Assembly: GCA_031411295.1 (NCBI GenBank)
Contig: JANOAV010000101.1
Coordinates: 34,651-98,650 of the forward strand
Direction: 5' to 3'
DNA from: Verrucomicrobiales bacterium
GTDB lineage: Bacteria; Verrucomicrobiota; Verrucomicrobiia; Verrucomicrobiales; V1-33
Length of the DNA stretch: 64,000 nucleotides
Part shown: positions 19,177 through 28,694 of the stretch, one piece after another
How the letters are laid out: each line of letters begins with the position of its first letter
Position numbering within the stretch: position 1 is the first letter of the stretch
Program-made: the position numbers and the translations under genes
The notes under the pieces: generated by a model
What the model was told of the DNA's origin: nothing
What the model saw: only the letters and a program-made list of their open reading frames with translations
Databases searched by the model: none

Positions 19177-20175
19177 ATGGAAGACCGCTTTGGCCATCGA
19201 ATTTCTTACCTGCGGATCTCAATTACGGATCGCTGCAACGAACGCTGCACCTACTGCCTGCCTGAAGAGGTTCAGCAGTGGCTGCCGCGGGAGGGGATTT
19301 TGTCTTACGAGGAAATCCTCCGCATCGTTCGAGTTGGGACCACCATGGGGATTCACAAAATCCGCGTGACTGGTGGCGAACCGTTGACGCGTCGCAATGT
19401 GGTAGATTTCCTTCAGGAACTGGGGGCAGTTCCGGGCATCGACGATCTTGGTCTCTCGACCAATGGCACGCTGCTGACGGCTCTGCATGAAGGTGCTACA
19501 ACTGCGCAACGACTCAAGGAGGCCGGGGTGCGCAGTGTGAATATTTCTTTGGATACGTTGGATCGCGCGGATTACGCGGCGGTGGCTGGGCGCGATTATT
19601 TACCAAAGGTCCTGGAGGGGATCGATGCGTGCTTTGCGGCGGGGATCGAGAAGGTGAAACTGAACGCCGTATTGATGAAGGGAAAGGCCACGGATTCGTT
19701 GGTGGAGTTGATCGACTTCGCCCACGAGAAGGGATGCATTTTGCGCTTCATTGAATTGATGCCGGTGTCCACGCAGGAAGTGTTAACGGAAGGTAATTTC
19801 CTGAGTGTTGGCGTGGCGAGAAAGCAGATCGAGGCGCACTACGGCCCGCTGGAAGCCCGTCCGGAAATGAAGGGGAATGGCCCGGCGGCGTATTTTGCGG
19901 TGCCGGGGAGGGATCAGTTAATTGGGTTTATTGGGGCGATGACGAATCTGCATTTCTGCGAGTCGTGCAATAAATTACGACTAACCGCCGACGGCAAACT
20001 GCGTCCGTGTCTGGGTAGTTATCTGGAGTTCGATCTCCTGAAGGTGCTGCGCGATGGGGCGACGGATGACGAACTGCGGCAGTTCATTCTGCATGTGGTG
20101 GATCGTAAACCAAAGGAACATGACTTCCGCAATAACTACCAACCGAACCGCAAGATGATTGCCATTGGTGGCTGA
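19177..20175 (+). CDS. moaA: GTP 3',8-cyclase MoaA (radical SAM)
   Basis: CNERCTYC radical SAM motif, TGGEP, FCESCNKLRLTADG.L.PCL, C-terminal IGG. Confidence 0.97.
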   Translation: MEDRFGHRISYLRISITDRCNERCTYCLPEEVQQWLPREGILSYEEILRIVRVGTTMGIHKIRVTGGEPLTRRNVVDFLQELGAVPGIDDLGLSTNGTLLTALHEGATTAQRLKEAGVRSVNISLDTLDRADYAAVAGRDYLPKVLEGIDACFAAGIEKVKLNAVLMKGKATDSLVELIDFAHEKGCILRFIELMPVSTQEVLTEGNFLSVGVARKQIEAHYGPLEARPEMKGNGPAAYFAVPGRDQLIGFIGAMTNLHFCESCNKLRLTADGKLRPCLGSYLEFDLLKVLRDGATDDELRQFILHVVDRKPKEHDFRNNYQPNRKMIAIGG

Positions 20176-20232
20176 GGAGGCTCAGGGGAATTCTCCATTG
20201 CGCAAATCGGCCTTTGCCATCAAAAGTGCGGG

Positions 20233-20769
20233 ATGAAAAAACGCGTTTTGTGCCTCACGGCAGATGGCTTTGAGGAAATTGAGATGGTCACGCCGGTGGA
20301 CCTGCTGCGGCGGGCTGGAGTGGACGTGTTCGTGGCCAGCATCGGTGACATTCAGGTGACAGGGCGCTCTGGGATCACCTTGGTGGCGGATGGCTTACTG
20401 GCGGACGCTGGGGCGGACTATGATTTGCTGCTGCTCCCCGGTGGGCCGGCGGTTGCAGCCCTGCGGCAGGATGGCCGTGCGGCGGTGCTGGCGCAACAGT
20501 TTGCGGCGGCTGGAAAATGGCTGGCGGCTATCTGTGCCGCCCCGTTGATCTTGCACGACGCGGGATTGCTGGCTGGACGAAATTTCACAGCTCACGATTC
20601 GACGGCTGAAGTCCTTCCCAGCGCTGATTTATCGCAGGCGGTCATTCGGGATGGTCAACTGATCACTTCTCGTGGGGCGGGGACGGCTCTGGCTTTTGGG
20701 TTGGAACTGGTGACCGTTTTGTGCGGGGAACCCAAGTCGCAGCAAATTGCCGCATCCATTCTAGCTTAG
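20233..20769 (+). CDS. DJ-1/PfpI (YajL/ThiJ) family protein
   Basis: GFEEIE, LPGG, AAICAAP nucleophile elbow, ITSRGAGTA. Confidence 0.92.
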   Translation: MKKRVLCLTADGFEEIEMVTPVDLLRRAGVDVFVASIGDIQVTGRSGITLVADGLLADAGADYDLLLLPGGPAVAALRQDGRAAVLAQQFAAAGKWLAAICAAPLILHDAGLLAGRNFTAHDSTAEVLPSADLSQAVIRDGQLITSRGAGTALAFGLELVTVLCGEPKSQQIAASILA

Positions 20770-20780
20770 CATTTACTTCT

Positions 20781-21257
20781 ATGAAAATCCCCACCACTCC
20801 CCGCGAAATCATCACTTGGTTCCTGCACCTGGCGCTGGGCGCGGTCTTCATTTACTCTGGCGTCATGAAGCTCTGGGGATTGGGACCCATCTCCTTCACC
20901 GATGACATCCGCAGCTTTCATTTGATCGAGGATCCGTGGGTCGCCTGGGTGGCGATGAGTCTGCCGTGGCTGGAAATTTTGTCCGGCCTGGCCGTGATCT
21001 TCGGCCCGTGCCGGCGGGGTGGTTTGTTGATCATTTGCGTGAGCCTGTTGGTGTTTCTCGGGGCCATTGGCCAGGCCATGGCACGGGGGATCGATATCAG
21101 TTGCGGTTGCTTCGGTCATTCTGACAGAGCTTCGAATGCTTGGGAACTTTTCACCCGGGACGTGATTCTCCTATGCGTGGGAATCTATTTGCTCTGGACT
21201 TCGCGCGCCCAGCGGACGACAACCACGACAACCTCAGGGGAGCGGATTTCAGGTTGA
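20781..21257 (+). CDS. MauE/DoxX family membrane protein
   Basis: Four hydrophobic segments, LPWLEIL and GIDISCGCFG motif. Confidence 0.88.
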   Translation: MKIPTTPREIITWFLHLALGAVFIYSGVMKLWGLGPISFTDDIRSFHLIEDPWVAWVAMSLPWLEILSGLAVIFGPCRRGGLLIICVSLLVFLGAIGQAMARGIDISCGCFGHSDRASNAWELFTRDVILLCVGIYLLWTSRAQRTTTTTTSGERISG

Positions 21258-21309
21258 AGTCTGTTCAGGGTGGGGGAATAGGAACGTCGTCACTTTCCAT
21301 TAATTCCCC

Positions 21310-23022
21310 ATGCTGCCTGACTCAAAATCTCCCTATTCCAAATGTCGTTCGCGCTGGCTAGTTGCCTTGGGATTAGCCTGGCTGAGTTGCCTCATTTTCC
21401 TGATAGCATGGACGTCTCACGGTAAGGCAACTTTGGCCAAGGCCTTGCGTTTGAACCGGGAGTTCGGAGTTGAGGAATATACCTTGAAGGGCTTGCTGCA
21501 GGGCGGGTGGATTGTTTTTGCGATCATTACGCTACTGCTCATCACGCTGCGATGGTGGTTCCGCTGGTCGGAGCGTCCAACGGAGACCGCGGTGACCCAG
21601 AATCGGCCCCAAGGACGGTGGCAATGGACTGGGTTGCTGGCGGTTCTGCTAATTGCGTCGGCGTTGCGAGTCCCTTACCTGGATCAAGGGATTCTCTGGG
21701 ATGAGCATGACAATCTGCGGAGGAATTTCCATGGCTACACTGCCTTGGATGCCAAACCTGACAAAAATCCTTGGAATGAAGCAGGATATCGCGAGGCGTT
21801 TTTTGAAAATGAGCGAGCCAACAATCCGTTCTTCTACAGTGTGCTCGCGCATGCCTCGCTGGACATTTGGCGGGCGGTCACTGGAACTCCCCGGGATCGC
21901 TTTAATGTGGTGCCGATGCGGATTCCAGCCATTTGCTTCGGGCTTCTGGGGATTGCGACCGTGTGGGGCTTAGGCAGGCGACTTGGCGGACCGGGAGTCG
22001 GCTTTACGGCGGCCCTCGTCTGTGCCCTGCACCCGCTGCACCTGCGCTACTCTGTGGAGGCGCGGGGCTATTCCGTGGTTTTGTGGCTGGCTCCGTTGTT
22101 CCTCTCCCAGTGCTGGGAAATTATTCGTTCGGGTAGTTGGCGGAATGCCTTTGGGGTGTCGTTTACTGCCGCCGGTCTGCTCTACGCCTTTCCTGGTGGC
22201 GTGTATTTCATCGCTTTGGGGGCGTTGGTCTTGCTCTGGGCGCTGCTCTGGCAAGAACGCTCACCCGAGAATCGCGCCAGTGTGGTGCGGTTGATCGTGG
22301 CTGGAAGTTTGGCCTTGGGCGTGATGGTGTTTCTGATGCTGCCGGGCATTATGCAAGCCGTGAAGAATCTGGAATCACAATTCCAGAAGAACGGCTTGGC
22401 AGCCCCGTGGTTTGCCCAGACTTGGCATTGGATGAGCGCGGGCGTGCATGAACCGATGGATGCAGAATATTACGAACTGCGCGATGGCAAACTGCCTTGG
22501 CTCCAATATTTTAAAGAATACCTAATGCATGCCCCAGTGACCTTCACCGTGGCCTTGGTGCTGGTGCCGCTGCTGTTAGTTGCTGGCATCCGCACCTTGT
22601 GGCAGCGCGGCACTGGAGCCCGGGCCGTTATCTTCATCAGCGTGGGGGCGCCAGTCCTCTGCCTGCTGCACCATGGCTTGATGACGCATTATTCCATTTT
22701 CCAATGGTATATGATTTATGCCTTGCCTCCGTTGGTGGTCGTGGCTTCCGTTGGGGCGGTGGAATTAGTTGGTTCGTTCACCGCAAAAACTTCGCTTATG
22801 CAATGGGCCGCTTGGGGCTCGCTGGTGGGAGTTTATGTGCTGGCAACGTTCCCGCCAGCCCGGCATCGATTGGGTGGTTATACCCACTGGAGCACCGACA
22901 CGAACTTGCCCACGGCCCACTCCACATTCGTTCGCGGCCCTAACGTCTGGGAGACCTATCAGGATGGTCGGGTGCTGCGGTTGGGGAAAGTAGCGAAACC
23001 CAACCCTGCGGACGGCCCGTAG
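21310..23022 (+). CDS. GT-C fold membrane glycosyltransferase (GT39/PMT-like)
   Basis: Multi-TM; WDE after an early TM helix, NNP loop, R.P, HLRYSVEARGYS. Confidence 0.75.
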   Translation: MLPDSKSPYSKCRSRWLVALGLAWLSCLIFLIAWTSHGKATLAKALRLNREFGVEEYTLKGLLQGGWIVFAIITLLLITLRWWFRWSERPTETAVTQNRPQGRWQWTGLLAVLLIASALRVPYLDQGILWDEHDNLRRNFHGYTALDAKPDKNPWNEAGYREAFFENERANNPFFYSVLAHASLDIWRAVTGTPRDRFNVVPMRIPAICFGLLGIATVWGLGRRLGGPGVGFTAALVCALHPLHLRYSVEARGYSVVLWLAPLFLSQCWEIIRSGSWRNAFGVSFTAAGLLYAFPGGVYFIALGALVLLWALLWQERSPENRASVVRLIVAGSLALGVMVFLMLPGIMQAVKNLESQFQKNGLAAPWFAQTWHWMSAGVHEPMDAEYYELRDGKLPWLQYFKEYLMHAPVTFTVALVLVPLLLVAGIRTLWQRGTGARAVIFISVGAPVLCLLHHGLMTHYSIFQWYMIYALPPLVVVASVGAVELVGSFTAKTSLMQWAAWGSLVGVYVLATFPPARHRLGGYTHWSTDTNLPTAHSTFVRGPNVWETYQDGRVLRLGKVAKPNPADGP

Positions 23023-23034
23023 ATGCGGCGGTGG

Positions 23035-24897
23035 CTATTTGCCAACCCACTTCAGCACATAATGGGTGAACTGTGCTTCATCCATGGGCGGGAACGTCTT
23101 CACGAGCTGGAACTCCGCCGGATCTTGCAACCGAGCCAGGATCGCTGGAAATTGCGCTTTCAATGCCGGTTCGCGGGTGTAGGCAATCCAGAGTTCCGCC
23201 TGTTCCCTGCGGGCTTTCTCCACCAAGGTTTCGAATCCCGCCACGCTATCCCAAGGGAAGTGCTTATTGTCGTAAGCATCCACATCCGACTTGTAGGAGC
23301 CAAATAAACGCTTGGCTCCATCGGGCGCGCCCCTCACGAATTCATAAGTTTCCCGGACACTTTCCTTGGGTCGCCCAGCTAGGAGATGGTTGACGCCCAG
23401 CCAACTCACCACCAGCGCGATGCCTGCTGCCAAGCTGAGGCAGCGGGATTTTCCTTTGCCAGCAGCGAAATTCCCCGCCAGCAGCAGTAGCATCCCAGGC
23501 AAGGCACAAATAACATACCACGGAAGCAGATAGAGTCCCCGCGCACCCATCATGATCCAACTGAGAGGAATGGAAATGAGTCCGGCCAGACAGATGAGTT
23601 TTGTCAAGAAATCCCCCCGCAGCGCCCGCCAGAACCCCGTCACTAGCAACACGGTGAGACTCACTGCCAGCACCCAGCGGCCAGCGAATTGGCTGAGCAC
23701 ATAAGCATACGCGTGCCCGCCGCCGACGTCTTCGAAACTCAGTCCACTGCTCAGACCGCTCACCACATCCTTGAACCACGGCCAGCCCATGGGGCCCTTC
23801 AAACTATCCAAGGCGTTAATGGCCGCCACCAATTGCGGCAACGTAGGCAGCATCAGTTGCAAGGTTAGCATAGCCGCTGCGGTTAACGCGACGATGGGGC
23901 GCAGCAGCGTTTCCCTGGGCTCTTCATGCTTCCAGACCCGCCAGGCTAATTTCCCGAGCAGCCCCAGATTCAGCACCAGAATAAAGTAGATCGATCCGCT
24001 GAAGCTATACAAACACAACCACTGACCGACCGCAAAGACCAGCCACCAGCGCCAACGCGGCGTTTCCCAAGCGCGGCAGAGCCCGTAGAAAATCAGCCCC
24101 AGCCCCAGCAGCGTGAGGCCATAGCCTCGGCCTTCATTGCCATAACGCACCATCCAGAAATGAACCGCACTTAAAATCGCCACCGCCGCTGCCGCATAAT
24201 TCCCCCAGAGCCGTCGCGCGGTGGCCCAAAGCAACACGCAGCCCAGCAGACTGGCAACGATTGACGGGAAACGAATCGCCCGCTCACTGACTGCTCCCGG
24301 TGCTGCCTTCGTCGCCTTCGCCCAAGTCTCGTAGGAGACGCGACTCAGCACCGAGCAGGGAGACGAATTGTTGCCCACTTTGTTGAAAAAGAAGGTCTTG
24401 AGCCAAGGCACTTGACGCCATTTTTGGTCGTTGGGCCGGAAATCTCCCGCCACGTAACGTTTAAAGGTATGCGCTTCGTCATTATAGAGACTCAGCCCCG
24501 CCCGCTCCCACCGCAGCCATCCACCAACGACCAGAGAGATCAGGAGAATTGCCCAACCCCATTTGCCGATCGGTGGGAGGACGCGTCCTGGACGTTCCGC
24601 CAACGGGCGTCCCCACCAGCGCCAAGTGACCGCCAAGATGAGAAACAAAACGCCATTTCCCAGCGACGCATAATACGTCCCCCATTTGGCATAAGCCACC
24701 GTGAACCGATCCGTCTTGAATTCCGGTTCCGCATCCTCGATGGCCCGCGCCAGCGGCCAACATTGTTTCGCGGCCCAGAAAACAAAGCCTAGCAACGCCA
24801 CTCCCAGCAGCGCCAGCCCCCAGGGCCACCAGCGTGCTTTGATTCCATTTACCGCAGGAGCATCCGTGATATTTCGCATGAACCCAAATAAGGTCAT
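23035..24897 (-). CDS. GT-C fold membrane glycosyltransferase (GT39/PMT-like)
   Basis: Multi-TM; SLYNDE, GNNS, RFPS, RYGNEGRGYG; paralog of 21310-23022. Confidence 0.75.
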   Translation of the reverse strand: MTLFGFMRNITDAPAVNGIKARWWPWGLALLGVALLGFVFWAAKQCWPLARAIEDAEPEFKTDRFTVAYAKWGTYYASLGNGVLFLILAVTWRWWGRPLAERPGRVLPPIGKWGWAILLISLVVGGWLRWERAGLSLYNDEAHTFKRYVAGDFRPNDQKWRQVPWLKTFFFNKVGNNSSPCSVLSRVSYETWAKATKAAPGAVSERAIRFPSIVASLLGCVLLWATARRLWGNYAAAAVAILSAVHFWMVRYGNEGRGYGLTLLGLGLIFYGLCRAWETPRWRWWLVFAVGQWLCLYSFSGSIYFILVLNLGLLGKLAWRVWKHEEPRETLLRPIVALTAAAMLTLQLMLPTLPQLVAAINALDSLKGPMGWPWFKDVVSGLSSGLSFEDVGGGHAYAYVLSQFAGRWVLAVSLTVLLVTGFWRALRGDFLTKLICLAGLISIPLSWIMMGARGLYLLPWYVICALPGMLLLLAGNFAAGKGKSRCLSLAAGIALVVSWLGVNHLLAGRPKESVRETYEFVRGAPDGAKRLFGSYKSDVDAYDNKHFPWDSVAGFETLVEKARREQAELWIAYTREPALKAQFPAILARLQDPAEFQLVKTFPPMDEAQFTHYVLKWVGK

Positions 24898-24933
24898 TTA
24901 CCCGTCTCGCAACCAGACTTTCGACCGGAAGCC

Positions 24934-24997
24934 GGGAAGTGGATCAGGCCTGGTGCGAGGTCCACCGTCATGAGTATCCCTCCCTCGCACCCGGCCC
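24934..24997. repeat. 64 bp imperfect direct repeat, copy 1 (contains 14 bp stem)
   Basis: 54/64 identical to 26314-26377; GGCCTGGTGCGAGG pairs with CCTCGCACCCGGCC (1 mismatch). Confidence 0.75.
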
Positions 24998-25179
24998 TGC
25001 TCCGGACGCCGTTGCAGTGCAGGTGTTGTTCCGCAATGGACTCACGGTTTTTGTTTGAATTAGTGAGGCTGGCAGATTGTCACAACTTGGATCGCATCGA
25101 TGCCGCGTTACCTCGTGCTTTCCGATTTCGCTGCAAAGGGATCCTTCAATGCATTTCTGTGACGCTTGGGGTTATTAAT

Positions 25180-25599
25180 TTATGTATCTATCCAGACTCC
25201 AGCTTTTCGGTATTCGGTTGTTTTGCATGGGAGTGTTGGATCGAAAAAAGTTGGTATGAAAACTCGGGAACCCGATACTGGAGTTATAAAAACTGCACAC
25301 GATCTTTTCGTATTGCTGTCGTAAAATTGGAATGCTGCAAGGATGCGGTCTATTCTAATGTGGATGATTCTAGAATCTCCAGGATCTCGAATTTGTCTCT
25401 TCTGAAGTGTCTCAGCACCTTGATGGCCAGATACAATGACTGTTGTCCCGTCAGGTAAAATAATCCTTTCGTTGGATCGTCCCATCTTACGAATGACGAA
25501 GGAAGCTGGTCGGTTCTGCAGGTTTTGAATTTTTGAAACATTTTCTCTAGTGCATCCAGATAAAACAAGTGCGCCAAACATGATTTGTATTATTTTCAT
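25180..25599 (-). CDS. Hypothetical lipoprotein (AT-rich islet)
   Basis: MKIIQIMFGALVLSGC lipobox; AT-rich composition. Confidence 0.55.
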   Translation of the reverse strand: MKIIQIMFGALVLSGCTRENVSKIQNLQNRPASFVIRKMGRSNERIILPDGTTVIVSGHQGAETLQKRQIRDPGDSRIIHIRIDRILAAFQFYDSNTKRSCAVFITPVSGSRVFIPTFFDPTLPCKTTEYRKAGVWIDT

Positions 25600-25656
25600 A
25601 GAAGTGTCATAAATAGGCTAATGAATCCCGTCCATTCCTGTGTCAAGAGAATGCCC

Positions 25657-26235
25657 TCACTGGCGATTTGTGATTACTTTCTGCGCAATAATCTCTCTCT
25701 GGTATTTAGAAGAATAAACACGATGCTTGTCACTAATGAGGCCATGGACGACGACATCTCCCAAGGGAAGTTCGTTTCCGGAAAAATTTCGTAACCGCCA
25801 AATCTCATTAGGCCCTATCTCGATCCGTCCGAGTCCAGAGTAAAATCCTCGTATTTTTCCATTTTTGTAACCAAATTCATTTAATAATCTCCATCTCTCC
25901 TTTTCGTTAGATCTGATCGCTGCTTGTGCATCCACAGATCCAACCTGGAACCCCTTTAGGGGATGGGTTCCGTGTTTTTCGTCGAGTTCACTGTTGGATA
26001 CTAGCATGTCGTATGCTCCAACAGTGTAACTTTCGACGAAAAAGTCCGTTTCTTCCCGTGGTATCTTCTTATCATGTGCCTTCCTCATGGCCATGCCGTA
26101 GATTTCCTTGGAAAACACATTTGGTTCATTGTCAGGGCGATTTGGTAGCTCACAGCTTGGAAGCAACGCCATGGCCGCAACGGTTAAAATGCGAGAGTTC
26201 ATTCCGTGCAGTTTGTGCATTTGTTTTGGTCCCAT
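25657..26235 (-). CDS. Hypothetical lipoprotein (AT-rich islet)
   Basis: MNSRILTVAAMALLPSC lipobox-like; the true start may be the internal Met. Confidence 0.55.
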   Translation of the reverse strand: MGPKQMHKLHGMNSRILTVAAMALLPSCELPNRPDNEPNVFSKEIYGMAMRKAHDKKIPREETDFFVESYTVGAYDMLVSNSELDEKHGTHPLKGFQVGSVDAQAAIRSNEKERWRLLNEFGYKNGKIRGFYSGLGRIEIGPNEIWRLRNFSGNELPLGDVVVHGLISDKHRVYSSKYQREIIAQKVITNRQ

Positions 26236-26313
26236 TCCGAACCCATGCCATCACTTTCACGATAAGCCCTTTTGTATTTTTCCTTAGGCACGAACCAGTT
26301 GCCATCGTAAGCA

Positions 26314-26377
26314 GGGAAGTGGTTCTGGGCTGATGTGAGGTGCACCGTCATGAGTATCCATTCCACGCCCCCGGCCC
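26314..26377. repeat. 64 bp imperfect direct repeat, copy 2
   Basis: Shares GGGAAGTGG...CACCGTCATGAGTATCC...CCGGCCC with 24934-24997. Confidence 0.75.
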
Positions 26378-26509
26378 CTTGTAAAGTGAAACCAAGGTGC
26401 GGCCTCGGGATGAAGCTCCGGTCTAATCCAAAGCAGGACACACTTCCACCCACCCGCAGCGTGGCAATGCGGTTCCAACCATCATCGAGGAAACGTTCCT
26501 GTCACTCTG

Positions 26510-27247
26510 TTAGTTGCCAGGGTGCCCTACCGCTTGGGCCGATTGCTCAAGCTGTTCGATTCGATTGCGAACTGGCTCGGGAAGCGCTTCGCGCTCCGCG
26601 GGGGTATTGATGGGGCCGTCAAAAATGATTTTCCCTTTGGGGTCTTTAACGCAGGCGGTCAAGGATTCGTCCTTCCGGGAAATCTCCACGGATCCCTCAT
26701 CGTCTGACATTCTCATGCTGGCGGAGTTGGATTTGGTCATGCCTGGTTTTCCGAGCGATTTACCGAGTTGGTTCATCAACAGCGAGAGCGAGCGGCGGGC
26801 CTCCAGAGAATCTGCCAAGACCTCCTTACCATTAGCGGACATGGCGGTGGGGATCATTTCCTGGGCCGGGGCCTCGCTGAGCGTGGCCTCTAGGGTAAGG
26901 GGTTTACCCTGCCGCAGGATGCCCAGGCTGACCGTCTGGCCCACCTTGTTGGCTTTGATGAGGTTGGTAAATTGTTCGGCCGAGAAGAGCTTCTGATCTA
27001 CCAAATTGGTTAGAATGTCGTATAATTTGAAACCTGCCTTTTCGGCGGGCGAACCGGGTTGGATGAAATCAATCATCAGACCGGCATTCTCATCCAAGCT
27101 CGTCTGCGCCCGCACTTCTTGGGGGACGCCAACGATGTGCACTCCTAGGAAGGCTTTCGTGGTCGGGGCGGTGGGATCTGCCGAGGGACCGGCCAGGGCA
27201 AGTCCTAGGCAAAGCACTGCCCCGGCTGTAAGTAACAGCGATTTCAT
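26510..27247 (-). CDS. Secreted PDZ-domain protein
   Basis: Signal peptide; AFLGV carboxylate-binding loop, GSPAEKAGF..YDIL, ILRQGK. Confidence 0.85.
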   Translation of the reverse strand: MKSLLLTAGAVLCLGLALAGPSADPTAPTTKAFLGVHIVGVPQEVRAQTSLDENAGLMIDFIQPGSPAEKAGFKLYDILTNLVDQKLFSAEQFTNLIKANKVGQTVSLGILRQGKPLTLEATLSEAPAQEMIPTAMSANGKEVLADSLEARRSLSLLMNQLGKSLGKPGMTKSNSASMRMSDDEGSVEISRKDESLTACVKDPKGKIIFDGPINTPAEREALPEPVRNRIEQLEQSAQAVGHPGN

Positions 27248-27277
27248 AAGAAGGATGGAGGTGGAAGTTGCGGAGCC

Positions 27278-27823
27278 TTATTGGACCGGTTCCAAGACGA
27301 AAATTTCTTCTACGCTAGGGTAGCGGATCTCCAATTTAGATCCCGTATCAGGGTCCACGTATTCCTGATGGTTGTTGAATTCAACCCGCACTTCGCGCAT
27401 CAGTCCGCGTTGCGGATCAAGTTTTAATCCGCCGGAGGAGACCCCCTGGACCTTGCTCTCCATGTTCCTGGGGATGTAGTTGGACTTGGGGCTGCTACTG
27501 CCACCAGCGACGAAGCGGGAGTTGGCCTGCAACTCTTTGAGTTGGTTGTGCTTCCAAGTGACGGCGGTGGTGGCTACGGCAGCGCAAGCGGCCACGGCGG
27601 CCCATGGTTTCCAAGCGACTTGATTATGGCCCGGCGCAACGGACGCAGGAGCGATGGGCTTGTGAAACGGTACGATTTTCTGAGAAGCGGGGGCACGATC
27701 CAGGACTGGGTCATGGAGGGTTCGTTCCAAGCGCAGCATCAGGCTGGGGTCTGGCGGCAAGGGCTGGAGGCTGAACAATTCACGTTCTAGTTGCGCCAGC
27801 ATTTGGTCTTCGTTTGGATTCAT
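27278..27823 (-). CDS. Putative single-pass anti-sigma factor
   Basis: Directly downstream of the ECF sigma; LEREL..L.P N-terminus, one TM (WAAVAACAAVA). Confidence 0.65.
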   Translation of the reverse strand: MNPNEDQMLAQLERELFSLQPLPPDPSLMLRLERTLHDPVLDRAPASQKIVPFHKPIAPASVAPGHNQVAWKPWAAVAACAAVATTAVTWKHNQLKELQANSRFVAGGSSSPKSNYIPRNMESKVQGVSSGGLKLDPQRGLMREVRVEFNNHQEYVDPDTGSKLEIRYPSVEEIFVLEPVQ

Positions 27824-27832
27824 GGTGCTTGA

Positions 27833-28390
27833 TTAGGAAAGTTTGGCAGGAGTGAGGGTGCGGCGGAGTTTCTCCAGCGCGTAACGGTAACGGGAAGCGG
27901 CGGTGTTCATCGGAATGTCGAGGGTCTCGGCAATTTGTTCGAAGGTCAGATCTCCCCAGATTTTTAGAGTAATAACCTCTTGGTAATAGTCGGGCAGGGT
28001 CTTTAGCGCGGTCTCAATGGCGGCAGCGCGTTCGTCTTGTTCCAAGGTGCTGTCGAACCACACGATGTCGGTCATTTCTCCCATCTCCAAAGCGCGGTCT
28101 TCGCGATTAGCCCGACGGATGTTCTTGCGGGCTTGGTCAATCGCGGAGCGGCGGATCTGGGTGAAGGCACCCGGCAGGCTGGGTTGGGCGTTGCCGTCTT
28201 CTCCGAGTTCCGTCATCCCGGAACGCCAGAGGCGAAACATGGCGTCCTGTAAGACGTCTTCGGCATCGGCCTCGGTGCGGGTCTGCTGACGGGCAAACAT
28301 CAGCAGTCGTGAACCGTGTTGCGCAAACCAAGCTTTCCACGCGGGATCAGGCTGATTGATGACTGGGGAGGGGTAAGATGATTTTTCCAT
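27833..28390 (-). CDS. ECF RNA polymerase sigma factor
   Basis: DAEDVLQDAMFRLW (region 2), LPDYYQEVI..K.WGDLTFEQIA...NTAASRYRY (region 4). Confidence 0.94.
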   Translation of the reverse strand: MEKSSYPSPVINQPDPAWKAWFAQHGSRLLMFARQQTRTEADAEDVLQDAMFRLWRSGMTELGEDGNAQPSLPGAFTQIRRSAIDQARKNIRRANREDRALEMGEMTDIVWFDSTLEQDERAAAIETALKTLPDYYQEVITLKIWGDLTFEQIAETLDIPMNTAASRYRYALEKLRRTLTPAKLS

Positions 28391-28694
28391 AATGTGGTCA
28401 ACTGTATGCCTTATTGGCGCTGATGCCGATTACATTTGTTTGATATTTTTCTGATTTGAAATGATTTGGGTAAAATGGCTGAGCGGAGCCTGCTTGCGCT
28501 AGGAGGGATGCGCTCAGAGGCGATGATGCGGATCCGGCAGCGGTTGGGAGGGTCTTCGCCCGTGTCTAGGTAGAGCAAGGAGTCGAAAAAAATGGACAAG
28601 TCGGGCTAGAGCTGATAATCCGGTGGAACGGACAATGACTTGGGTCTCCCTCCCTACTCCTTAGTTCGTCGTAAAATTCTGCAATTACCCCCTC

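Noticed and set aside
24970..25458. Cys-rich plus-strand ORF in the AT-rich islet
   Set aside because: Overlaps a minus-strand ORF with a clear lipobox and starts within the repeat
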